From Octopus bimaculoides (taxonomy: Eukaryota): DNA of 51,214 nucleotides. Below the pieces are notes generated by a model, which was not told the origin of the DNA, searched no databases, and saw only the letters and a program-made list of their open reading frames with translations. A program made the position numbers and the translations under genes. This document shows, one piece after another, positions 12,091 through 23,732 of the stretch (positions are counted from its first letter, which is position 1; each line of letters starts with the position of its first letter). The stretch is from the NCBI RefSeq assembly GCF_001194135.2, contig NC_068987.1:83892851-83944064 (forward strand). The letters are read 5' to 3'.

Positions 12091-12760
12091 TAAAGTAACA
12101 TACTTTCTCTTCCCAACGATTGGTATTTTTCTTAAAATATCTCCAGGGGCTGCATTTAGTTCTTACCTGGATGGAACAAGAAAACTGGCTGTGTTTTTGA
12201 CATGGCAGAAATATATCAGTTTTCTCCTCTAGGATTTATAGCAGAAGATTGGCACCAAATTCGATGAGGAAAATACTTTCAAGTTTTTGATCTTTCAACA
12301 AAAAGTTCCATGTAGAGAGATATTTTATTTGAAAATAGATTTACGAAGAACAGCCTTCGTTATTAATGCCTAAAGCATACGGCTGTTGATAACGATGATG
12401 TAAAACGAGTTATAATGCTGAAATTTGCTTTTGAATATTTATTTTTTTATTCTTTACATTTGTCCATTAATGTTTTCTTTTTTATTTCCATTCCTTTGTT
12501 TCTTGGTTGTTTTGCTTTAATGTAATCTTTATGAAGAAGCTTTTTTTTTTTTAAATCTTAGTGATGGGCGATAGAATAAGACGAAAATATTGTAAGAAGC
12601 TTATTTGTTGTATAGTTTTTGTAATATAGATCTTCCAAAAAGCGTCTCTAAAACATAAAATCCAGTTCTGGTTTCAGTAAAGTCTGTGATAAATCGAACG
12701 AATCTGGCACAACATTTGCGCCTCAGTCCGTAGCAAGACGAAAATAGTAACAATAATAAT

Positions 12761-12961
12761 AATCTTTTCTACTATAGGCACAAGGCCTGAAGTTTTAGGG
12801 GAGGGGTAGGTCGATTACATCCAGTACTCAACTTATTGACCTCGAAAGGATGAAAGGCAAAGTTGACCTCGGCGGAATCTGAACTCAGAACGTGCACACG
12901 GACGAAATTCCGCTAAGCATTTCGCCTGGCGTTCTAACGATTCTGTCAGCTAGCCGCCTTA
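12761..12961 (-). mobile_element. SINE family A (tail 2)
   Basis: Near full-length reverse match to the family motifs. Confidence 0.9.
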
Positions 12962-12996
12962 ACAACAACAACAACAACAACAACAATAATAATAAT

Positions 12997-13489
12997 ACAG
13001 GCTCTGGCTCTTATGGCTTCTGATCTTAACTGAATGATATAAAAGATGGGCTACAGCAAATATTCTGTACAATGCCATAGTTTTGCTTGTCAGTTGTTTG
13101 AGCTTAACCAGTTCAGCATGTCCCTTAATGGATGATGATATGTGCATGTCTGATCACGAACAGAAGTAATAGGGGAGCATCATAGCCATGTGTTGAGAGG
13201 AATTCTTTGGGGTTTGAATAATTCATCTCTGGAAAGGTGTTTCGTTCAATATCCTTAAACAAACCTAACTCAGGGACCATTTGATCGGGATGGGCTACTC
13301 GACCTGAAGAAAATTCTAACGCAAGGTCATGCGCCGTTTATCTTGATATGAGATCAATATGTCACGCCCATATGGTTGTGATGCATGTATCTGGTGTCCC
13401 CTTATCAGACGGCTAGTCATAAGAGGTATGCTGGGCTTCGTATATTTTATCCCAATGTCATTTTAATGGCATGTACTGTTCTCTCACTC
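12997..13489. mobile_element. Unclassified ~490-bp non-coding element between (AAT)n tracts
   Basis: Complex sequence with no long ORF, bounded by (AAC)n(AAT)n and (AAT)n. Recalled as a common octopus repeat (unverified). Confidence 0.5.
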
Positions 13490-13588
13490 AATAATAATAT
13501 TAACGACAATTTAAAATTTGACACATTGGCCATGAATAGGGAACATTGCGAAGTCGCATTGCAAGTGAGTGGGGTGTCTTACATTGAG

Positions 13589-13622
<34 letters not shown>

Positions 13623-13817
13623 ATTTTATTTTATATTATATATTGTATATTATATTATATATTGTATATTCCATATTCTATACCCCACATTAGTTCTGCA
13701 GGAATATAAATAAAACATAAAAAACAGACAGTGTTGGAACTCTTTTAAGCAAAATAATATATTCCTCTATACACAATCATACAAAAAAATCCACCTTTTT
13801 TTGTATTTATTTTTACT

Positions 13818-13854
<37 letters not shown>

Positions 13855-14410
13855 CCCGTGCTCCTGTACCAAAGGAAGGTGGCGGCATGATATTTACAAT
13901 GGATTTAAATATTTAAACGCCAGCCAGATCCATCTGACATGCTAAAGGTTTTCGACCAAATTCTAAAAGCTGAAGGCTGGACGTCACCCTGTACGAATCT
14001 TAAGAAGGCAATACTCTCTGCATCGATTACTGATATTTGGATATTACTTATAATAAGGTTACTTATAACAAGTAACCATTGAAATCATTCTTATCAACAC
14101 CCATATTTATTTCCAGGTCATAATCCCTCAGATGCTCCGCAGGCCCTCTCTCAGCTGGCAGAGTGCAATCGTTTTCATGGTAGCATTCCAGATGCAAGGC
14201 GCTCAGCTCTAGTCTGCATCTCAATCAATGAGTTAAGCTGCTGAAAGATCTGCTCAGAAACGATGACCACACTCGTTTACTGTTGTCGTTATCTAAGAAA
14301 TTCAGCAGATCTAGTATTAGTGGTTCCTTGTGCATCATCAGCTACCGCATCACGAGCAAACCAGTTACCTGCTGTAGACGTTGGCAGCTGGCAGATACTC
14401 TTTGCAGAAG

Positions 14411-14640
14411 GCGGTGAGCTGGCAGAATCGTTAGCACGCGGGTCGAAATGCTTAGCGGTATTTCGACGGCCGTTACGTTCTGAGTTCAAATTCCGCCGAA
14501 GTCGACTTTGCCTTTCATCCTTTCGAGGTTGATAAATTAAATACCAGTTACGCACTGGGGTCGATGTAATCGACTTAATTCCTTTGTCTGTCCTTGTTTG
14601 TCCCCTCTATGTTTATCCCCTTGTGGGCAATGAAGAAATA
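14411..14640 (+). mobile_element. Full-length SINE A (tail 1) with 18-bp TSD
   Basis: agatactctttgcagaag at 14393-14410 and 14641-14658. A-box-like tggcagaatcgttagc, B-box-like gagttcaaattcc. Confidence 0.95.
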
Positions 14641-14739
14641 AGATACTCTTTGCAGAAGAATCCTTCTCTTTTTAAACAAGCAAAGAGTAGTCCTTTGAAT
14701 CTGAGAAGATTGCTTCTGAAAATGACACATCAGTTGGGT

Positions 14740-15470
14740 GAGGCTTTATTTGACTCGGACCTCCTTCACTAGAACTTGATCTGACGACCGAAGCTGCCAC
14801 GTGTATGCATTTGCTTTAATCATTTCCCCTAACGCTAACCCACTAAATGTTTTCGAGTAATACTCTCCTAACTTGTCGGTACAACCGCCGTTACTTCTGT
14901 GCCTAAGGCCATCTGCACATGTCGACAAGACTCTTTGGAGTCACATTTTGAGCTGGACTTCCCTCTTGTTATCCCCAATTTTATATTTTTGTAGTGGTTT
15001 GAGCTGTTCTGTTCTTTCCAGAATTGGCAAGTGTGTGGGTTGCAGCTGTAGCTATTTTTCCTGTTGCTATCTTTACTTGTTTTGGCTGTTCGTGTTGCTG
15101 TGCTACTTCGTTACTTTTTTCTCTTCGTGATTTTGTTTCGTGTTTTAGTCCTTGGTGTCATTTATGTTGCTTATTCGAAGAATAGTTGAAGTTACTTTTG
15201 TAAAAAGTGATGTTGTTGCTGGCACTCTTAGTTGTTAGCGTTAGTATTCAATGTTTTGGTGATAGTCTTGTTATTGTTGTTGTTTTCGTTGGTTTTCGCG
15301 CATTTGGTGCTGCTTTTGGATCCGTTGTTTTTGGTGTTGTTAATGGTTTCGGTACTGTTATTTTGTTCTTGTTATTCCGGTAGATTTAATTGCAGGAAAT
15401 ACCGTCTTTCGCAGAGAGCTTAAATATGTTACTAATTTTTCCGCTGTCATCTCCTTCGTCATCATTTTCG
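14740..15470 (-). pseudogene. Decayed ORF1-like segment, proximal half
   Basis: Minus frames give MTKEMTAEKLVTYL, T/P/K-rich VPKPLTTPKTTDPKAAP and EQLKPLQKYKIGDNKRE, with many stops. Confidence 0.35.
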
Positions 15471-15876
15471 ATATAAGTGGCGCAGGTGTTGCTGATAATG
15501 GTGGCTATGGGTTGGTGGTCCTATTATCCACGCCTATATCTCGGTATTGCAGGGAGAAAGATAGCGAGAGAGAGAGCAAGAGAGCGAGAGAGCGAGAGAG
15601 AGAGAGAGAGAGAAAGAAAGAGAGAGAGAGAGCGAAGGGGGAAGGAAAGAATCCGTCGTTTTAACTGAAGGAGAAATATAATTCGTTTCGTTTTCTTTTG
15701 TATGTATTTCTTGTTCGTCTCTGAAAAAAAAAAAAATCTAGTATTTTGAAATGAAGTATGTTTGTTTGAATATGAATATCCCCCACACGACTAATGGTGA
15801 CAAAGGGATTAGCCAGAGAGCGCAACGTGCCACACGTCGTCAGTTCTATAAGAGAAAGTGTATACACAAATAATAA

Positions 15877-15939
15877 CTTTCAAATTTTGACACAATGCGG
15901 GCAATTTTAGTGGGAAGGATTGATTAACGTCGACCAGTC
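15877..15939 (-). mobile_element. SINE A tail remnant
   Basis: tttcaaattttgacacaatgcgggcaattt resembles 11157-11190. Confidence 0.55.
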
Positions 15940-16570
15940 AAGAGTGTGGAAAATGTGACCCACTTGGTAAGAAGATGTGAGAGGCTTGCACAAAAAGAAT
16001 ACAAGCGCTACCATGTAAGGTGTGTGTGTATCTTCATTGCTTCATGTGCTGTAAATATCGATATGAAGTAACAGAGAACTGGTATGAGCATATACCAAGT
16101 AAAGTTATGCAGGAGGATGGAAAAGTAACGATACTTTCGGGAATGTGATTTTCAGACGAATCGTGTAATCGACACCGTCGGTCGGATATTGTCATATTGA
16201 GTAAGAGAAACAAATACTGTCAGATCATTGATGTAGCCATACCAAATGACATGAATGTTGTGAGTAAAGAGGTTGAAAAAATCACCAAGTACTTCGAACT
16301 GAAAGCGGAAATGGAAAGACTGTATGGAATTCGAGAGGGTAATGTAAGAGTGATACAAGTGGTGATCGGAGCATTGGGCTCAATCCCATTGAAACTTCAA
16401 GACTTCTTAAGTCAACTGGAAATCTTATGCAAGATTGATGTCCTTCAAAAAGCAACCTTATTGGACCCAGCGCACATCTTACGGAAAGTATTATCTGTCT
16501 AAGGTCCTTGGTGTGACTTGGCAGATGACTAAAGACTTCGGTGCATTTTTACCTGCACTGTTTTACGAAG

Positions 16571-16616
<46 letters not shown>
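15940..16616 (+). mobile_element. 5'-truncated R4/Dong-type non-LTR retrotransposon (restriction-like endonuclease domain), 3' UTR and (AAT)n tail
   Basis: VENVTHLVRRCERLAQKEYKRYH (zinc-knuckle end), WYEHIPSKV, RRSDIVI..IIDVAIP..EKITKY (PD..D..K endonuclease), VVIGALG..LQKATLL..ILRKVLSV* (stop 16502). (AAT)n at 16572-16616. Confidence 0.85.
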
Positions 16617-16617
<1 letters not shown>

Positions 16618-16762
16618 TGGGTACTGCACACATTCTACGTAAAACACTTTCAATACAGTAAACATAAGACCACCACAGCAAACCACAGCACATACCGAAG
16701 GCGCACAGAGCTGCGCTCGGTAGTGAAGTGAAAGCACGTTATAAAAATAAAACTACTGAACA

Positions 16763-16801
<39 letters not shown>

Positions 16802-16980
16802 GTAATACAGAAAATATTTACAAAACAAAAAATACAAACAAAATAAAGAAGAAAATCACGATCAAAAAGAGAATTAGTAAAGGTGTGAAGGTGTACAGAA
16901 ATTTATTGAAGAAATACGGAGAAGAAAATATAAAACCATTTATTGTAACACATATTTCTACTTTAGGATTCATAATGTCC

Positions 16981-17222
16981 AAGCTTAAACCGGCTTCCGT
17001 GGCGCATAAGTGATCGACATTGCAACACTCCCCACCAAACGGGAAGCCGGGCTGTAGCAAGGTTAACGTCTCAGATACTACTGGATCTCGTTTACTGCTG
17101 GGTGGACAGGAGCAGCGTGAAATGAGATGTTTTGCTCAAGAGCAACGCACAGCCCGGGAATCGAAACCGTGTTTTTGAAATCATGAGTGCAGCACCGTAA
17201 CTACTAAGATGCATGCCTTCAC
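16981..17222 (-). mobile_element. SINE family D (tRNA head, CORE-like segment)
   Basis: Minus strand cttagtagttacggtgctgcactcatg...gtttcgattcccggg...cttgagcaaaacatctcatttcacgctgctc; matches 42791-43010. Confidence 0.75.
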
Positions 17223-17375
17223 ATCTTTTATTGTAGATAGTTAGATATTCTTTAGCGACGATCCTAACTCCCTTTCACTCCAGTTATTTCTGCAAGCTAG
17301 TTTCTCGAAAGATATCTCAGTCATTATCTACCTTAGACGGACCGAGAAAAGTTTCCTCATTCTCTGAACCATAAC

Positions 17376-17585
17376 CTTTGGTTCCCAAAGTGGGCGAAAC
17401 TGCCCCTCTTGGGGTGGTGGTGGGTACTGACGGAGCGTGGGGTGATGATGGGATGACCAAAATAAGGCGATGGATATAAAACCAACAAAATAATGGGTTA
17501 ATTAGGTGATGTTTTGTTTGTGAAAAACAGTTGGTAGTCTATGTTTGTGGTGAACTGGGTACCCGAACAAGTTTGGGAATCGCTG
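17376..17585. mobile_element. hAT (Charlie-like) MITE
   Basis: Degenerate TIRs ctttggttcccaaa ... tttgggaatcgctg (Charlie-type consensus CAGTGGTTCCCAAA). 8-bp TSD not preserved. Confidence 0.6.
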
Positions 17586-17798
17586 TGTAATTAAACCACT
17601 GACCCACTTTTTACCATAATCTCTCGTGGAGAGCTAACTTATACTTGGTAACTAACTCATTATTTGAATCTTTGTCCATGAAGATCAGTTTCAAGGGATT
17701 TAGACAAGGATTGCTTTTCAGAGTAAAGTTGAAGCACTCCTTGACCTGGTTGCCTCTGCTTGAGAAAGCTCCAGTCTGTTGTCTGTCCTTGCTTTTAG

Positions 17799-17883
17799 TT
17801 GTATGATTTCCCGCTTTTTTTCTTGTACATACACACGCGTTTGCAAACTCACCCACAATGGACTTATATTTGAAATGTGGTAG
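17799..17883 (+). other. Candidate exon with ATG at 17858 (MDLYLKCG)
   Basis: Acceptor tgtccttgcttttag and perfect donor TAG|GTAAGT, phase 2. No homology recognised. Confidence 0.2.
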
Positions 17884-20134
17884 GTAAGTGTTGAACATCT
17901 ACTGAATATGGTAAATTTATCATGAATATTAAACGCAGTGATTAATATAATCATGCAGAGTAATGAAAACGAATTTTTCTATCTCCTGTTAGTAAAGAGC
18001 ATCAGATTTTCTGAAATGACACAACTAGTTTTATGATGGGAAAGTGGCCAATAATTCATGGAATTAAATGCGAACGAAATTCTCTCAACACTTAATCCGT
18101 GTTCGTTGATTTTAAACTTCAACAAGTGAAATTAATTTCCTATATAATTATTATATAATACATCCATAATTTGTTTTGAAATTTAATAACATACCTTTCC
18201 TTTGTACCTAAGGCATTGTGATTGATGTAGACATCACCGTCGCGATTTAAATTCTAATCGACAGAATTTTACGTCGTTTGACATTGTTTGTTTTTGCCTG
18301 TGACTAGTTTATGTTATCCCTGGATTTGATTTTAGCATTAACTCTATTACGAGTGTTGTTCTATCATTAATTGTTTATTGTTAGAAGAAAATCTCTATAT
18401 TATAGTTGTGTTGCCTAAATATCTTTGTCTATCTAGCTTTGTTTTGTTCTGTGTGATATAGGAGTTTGAAATTACACTTTTGTTTGCACAAAGTGTGGCA
18501 TCAGAAAACCAGAAGAGTGTTGTACGTTTGAAGTAGTGAAGTTGACAAATTTCACATTTGCAATCAAATTTATGAATCACATTGCTCATTAGTGACTTGT
18601 TTCCGAATTCACATGCTTATGAATTTTTACCGGTGAAGTTTTAAATCAGTTTTCACGGTGTATTATGTTTTATTCTATGAGCTAATATAAGGATGTTTGC
18701 ATTCTATTTTACGATGTTTTTGATAGGTTCATCCAGCATATATTTTACATACATTCGATTCATAAAAAAACCCTTTAGCTATCGTTTATATATCTAGAGT
18801 ACCTGTTGATTAGTGTGTATCATATTCTATAGATCCCTTCAAAGACTTTTGTTTGCTGGAAAATAGAATTACTCTTCGAAGTAAAGCCTTTTGATTATTT
18901 ACATAACTGAAGACATTTGCTTTCTCAACCTACATAATATATACATTTGTTTTTGATGCAAACCGATGTGCTTTCATCGTTACTTTTTTGTCGAAATTCT
19001 TATATCCAGAGATTGAGGAATTGTATTGGTTTAAGCTTCTTTGAACCCTTTTACACGTTGATTCTGCACTCTTAGTTTTAGAACAGTTGCTTTTGATGTA
19101 TTGTTTCAATTTATTGCTGTTATCCGACCTATACATTAGGTCGAGTATATCATCTAAACATCAGGGGTGTATGTCTGGTATTACATTTTCTATTGTGGCC
19201 ACATAATAAACTGCAATCGTAGGCCATAAGAGAAAAGCTATTGCTAATCCATCCTCTTGCTCGCACAATTCGAATCTTGTACAGTGAAACAGTACCTCAT
19301 TGTATTAACTGGTATCGTGTTGGGATTCATTCTTGAAATGTTGCCTACATTTTATTTCTTCCACTGGAACCAACGAGGGTGCAGCTGGTGAAGGAAGCTG
19401 GTGTAAATAGTAGCCAAATCTCTCTCAAATCACACTCTGCACGCCTTAAAGAGAAAGACGGATAAAGTTCATAATATAATTTGAGATTTGCTATATTTGA
19501 AAAAAGAAAACAAGATGAAGAACCGAGATGACGGGTGAGAATATATTTGACCATAAACATACTTCTAAAATAACTGTGTGGCTATAGCCGGGATGTATTT
19601 GGCCATGTCTGCTCAGTCAAGTCTGACCTGGGGCCAGATACCAACAATAGTAACTTTTAAAAACGAAAATGAGAAAACATTTAGATTATAAATTCGTCTC
19701 GATTAATTAAAAACCAGATTATAATTACATCTCCGGTAGTAAGGGTTAAGTCGGCAAGTTTTGACACAGATTAGCAAAAAAGTAACAATAAAAGACAGTA
19801 GCCTTCGGGCATATTTGCCGTGTTCGATTCTGGTACAAGTTATTTATCAATTTTTTTTTTGTTTTCGACAAATATGGAATTTAGTCTTTCATAGTCCAAT
19901 TTATCTTCTTTTATTTTTCGTAAAAATTCTAAATTTACATTTCTCCTCATCTTTCATTTGTGTACTTTTGTGTGCGTCTATTGGCGTCTCTGAATACTCA
20001 CGTGTGTGTCAGTGTGCTGCTGTGTTTGTGTTTGTGTGCGTGTGTGTGAAACCTTTTCTCAAATGTTCAATTTATATTTAAGCACAATTTGTAAATTATT
20101 TGCTATTTTATGTACGCATATCTCCTACGTTTTA

Positions 20135-20290
20135 ATATGTATGTATGTATGTATGTATTTATGTATGTATGTATGTATGTATGTATGTACGTATGTATCT
20201 GTGTATGCATGTATGTGTGTGTATGTATGTGTGTATGTATGTATATGTGTATGTATGTATGTGTGTACGTATGTATGTATGTATGTATTA
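20135..20290. repeat. (TATG)n microsatellite
   Basis: Direct. Confidence 0.9.
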
Positions 20291-20701
20291 TATGAACATG
20301 GTTACAATAAAAAAAATCTGGATGTTGTACTTTACTAAAAGCTCTGCTAGAAAGTTTCGCTCTCTAAATACTAAATTTAAAGAATTTCAGTAATCTTTGC
20401 AATATGCCGTGGCAGTATAAATGAAGGAGAGGACAAATGAAAAATGGAAAGAGATGGAATGAAGGAGAAAGCTGAAGAAACTACAAGAGGTAAGTGATGA
20501 GCTACTACAGAGAAAAAAACCTATACACACACATCTGCGTATGCTCAAAAATGTGTGTGTGTGGGTGTGCTTTGAGCACGTATCTCAACTCTTTAACAAC
20601 GAGGTAATATTCACTGAAAGTGGTCAATGTTCACTTGATTAATATAACGTGTAAACTGTTCTGCCAGCTCAGCATCTCACTTTTAATCTCAATAAAATAA
20701 T

Positions 20702-21140
20702 ACTTTCTGCTATAAGCACAAGGCCTGAAATTTTGGGTATGGGGTGGAGGGTAGTCGATTACATTGACCCCAGTGTTTTACTGGTACTTAATTTATCGAC
20801 CCCGAAAGGATGAAAGGCAAAGTCGACGTCGGTGGCATTTGAACTCAGAACGTAGTGGCAGAAGAAATACCGCTAAGCATTTTGCTGTGTGAGCTAACGA
20901 GTCTGCCAGCTCGCCACCCTCCGTTTCAATAAAATAATATTTTCTACTCTAAGCACAAGGCCCGAAATATTTGGAGAGGAAGCCAGTCGATTAGATCGAT
21001 CCTAGTACACAACTGGTATTTAATCTATCGACCCCGAAAGGATGAAAGGTAAAGTCAACCTCGGTGGAATTTGAACTCAGAACGTTCACACGGACGAAAT
21101 TCCGCTAAGCATTTTGCTCGGCGTGCTAACGATTCTGCCT
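20702..21140 (-). mobile_element. Two tandem SINE A copies (20702-20920, 20939-21140)
   Basis: Two reverse matches, bounded by three copies of tcaataaaataat. Confidence 0.9.
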
Positions 21141-21439
21141 TCCAATCTCAATAAAATAATGAAACAGTTAATTACTGCCATAGATTTAATCGAATAAAAT
21201 CATTTCTGCCCCTATACTCATGTCAGATATTATAAGTTCTATATTTTTCCCGGACACATATGTGTGGTTGCACACGCACATGCGCAAGCATGCATTTCAT
21301 TTCCTTTTACACAGATGGTTCTAGGACGAATTTCTCTCTAAAAGGTGGCTGGTGATAGTAAGACTTGAACTAAGTACACAAAGAGGAGATACAAATAGTG
21401 CAAGACATCTTTTCCGATTCTCAAAGTATTCTTCCCATT

Positions 21440-21560
21440 TACTTGTCAGGTCTGGCCATATATTTATCGACCTTGGATGGATGAAAAGTAAAGTTAAACT
21501 CGGGGCGACTGGAACACAAAATACAAAGATTTGGAACAGACACCACAAAGCTTTTAATAC
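21440..21560 (-). mobile_element. Highly decayed SINE A
   Basis: tttatcgacc..ggatgaaaagtaaagttaaactcgg. Confidence 0.55.
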
Positions 21561-21634
21561 TATGCCTAAACGACTACCGATTCACTGATTTACACACGCT
21601 TACAAACTCTGTCTGTGTGTCTCTCTCTCTGTGT

Positions 21635-21665
<31 letters not shown>

Positions 21666-23310
21666 ACAGATACCTATATAAATGTATGTGTGTCTCATTC
21701 TACGTATATCTATTTCTCTCTTACTACCTCCATGTTTCTCTCTTTCTCTCCCGCTCTCACTTTATCTCTCTATGTATATATATATATATATATATNNNNN
21801 NNNNNNNNNNNNNNNNNNNNNNNNNNNNNNNNNNNNNNNNNNNNNNNNNNNNNNNNNNNNNNNNNNNNNNNNNNNNNNNNNNNNNNNNNNNNNNNNNNNN
21901 NNNNNNNNNNNNNNNNNNNNNNNNNNNNNNNNNNNNNNNNNNNNNNNNNNNNNNNNNNNNNNNNNNNNNNNNNNNNNNNNNNNNNNNNNNNNNNNNNNNN
22001 NNNNNNNNNNNNNNNNNNNNNNNNNNNNNNNNNNNNNNNNNNNNNNNNNNNNNNNNNNNNNNNNNNNNNNNNNNNNNNNNNNNNNNNNNNNNNNNNNNNN
22101 NNNNNNNNNNNNNNNNNNNNNNNNNNNNNNNNNNNNNNNNNNNNNNNNNNNNNNNNNNNNNNNNNNNNNNNNNNNNNNNNNNNNNNNNNNNNNNNNNNNN
22201 NNNNNNNNNNNNNNNNNNNNNNNNNNNNNNNNNNNNNNNNNNNNNNNNNNNNNNNNNNNNNNNNNNNNNNNNNNNNNNNNNNNNNNNNNNNNNNNNNNNN
22301 NNNNNNNNNNNNNNNNNNNNNNNNNNNNNNNTATATATATACATATATGTAAATATATACATATATATATATATGTATATATATACATATATACACAGAC
22401 ACAGACACAGACAGACACACACATACGCACGCACACACACACACACATATATATTTATATACATGCATACACATGAACTATTTTTTATTATTATTGTTAT
22501 CATTATTATTACTATATTAAGAGTTTGTCAAGATTGAGGAAATTCCGGTGAATGACTGCTGCTTGCTTAATTTCTTCGGTGTTGGTAGATAATTACAAAA
22601 CACAAACACGAATATGATGAATAACGACAAAACATGTTATTCACTAACTTTAATACCATACAGAAATACGGACGTAATTATTCAACGCGGAAAGGAAACG
22701 GCGAATTGAATCGTCAGAACACAGAGTTTTCTGTTTTTATTATGTAATTTTATAGATTTGTTTCTCACCAATTAAGCGAATACGGAAGTGCTTCTTCATA
22801 TGTTTTAATTAAATGTTGAAGGAAACCAATATAAGATGTGCTATTAGCTGTAAAATCAATGTCTGTATTCAGCAAAGTAGGATATTCAACCGGAGAGATT
22901 TGGCAGATATTTCTGACCATACATAACCTTCTTTTGTAAAAAGACGAAAAAAAAAAATAATAATAATGTTACAGGAGAGACAAGTAATTAAAATTTAGTT
23001 GCGTTTTATTTGACAATCTTATATTTTCGACAATTATTACTCACTAATTACTATCTATTTACAAGTGCTATCAGAATATTAATTGGTTCGTTTTCTTCTA
23101 GTTTTAACATTAAATCTAAAAGGTCATTGTTACTCTATTTCGACCAGTGTAAAATGAGGGGCTTTGTGTGTGTGTGTGTGTGTGTGTGTTTGTGTGTCCT
23201 CTTGCCATATTTTACTTGTCTTCGGTCTTGTTCTTGCACTTTTGTACCGTTTCCTTCTCACTCTCTCATATATACACAAATGTGCGTGTGTATGTGTATT
23301 TGGTATGTAC

Positions 23311-23348
<38 letters not shown>

Positions 23349-23670
23349 NNNNNNNNNNNNNNNNNNNNNNNNNNNNNNNNNNNNNNNNNNNNNNNNNNNN
23401 NNNNNNNNNNNNNNNNNNNNNNNNNNNNNNNNNNNNNNNNNNNNNNNNNNNNNNNNNNNNNNNNNNNNNNNNNNNNNNNNNNNNNNNNNNNNNNNNNNNN
23501 NNNNNNNNNNNNNNNNNNNNNNNNNNNNNNNNNNNNNNNNNNNNNNNNNNNNNNNNNNNNNNNNNNNNNNNNNNNNNNNNNNNNNNNNNNNNNNNNNNNN
23601 NNNNNNNNNNNNNNNNNNNNNNNNNNNNNNNNNNTATACATGTGTATATGTTTGCGTATGTGTGTGCATG

Positions 23671-23732
<62 letters not shown>

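Noticed and set aside
15868-15876. aaataataa upstream of the Dong fragment as a 5' TAA target
   Set aside because: It adjoins a SINE A tail remnant (15877-15939), not the retroposon's 5' junction.
18395-18589. HKFDCKCEIC, like the end of a Chapaev-type zinc motif
   Set aside because: Upstream Cys/His motifs and downstream transposase features are not found.
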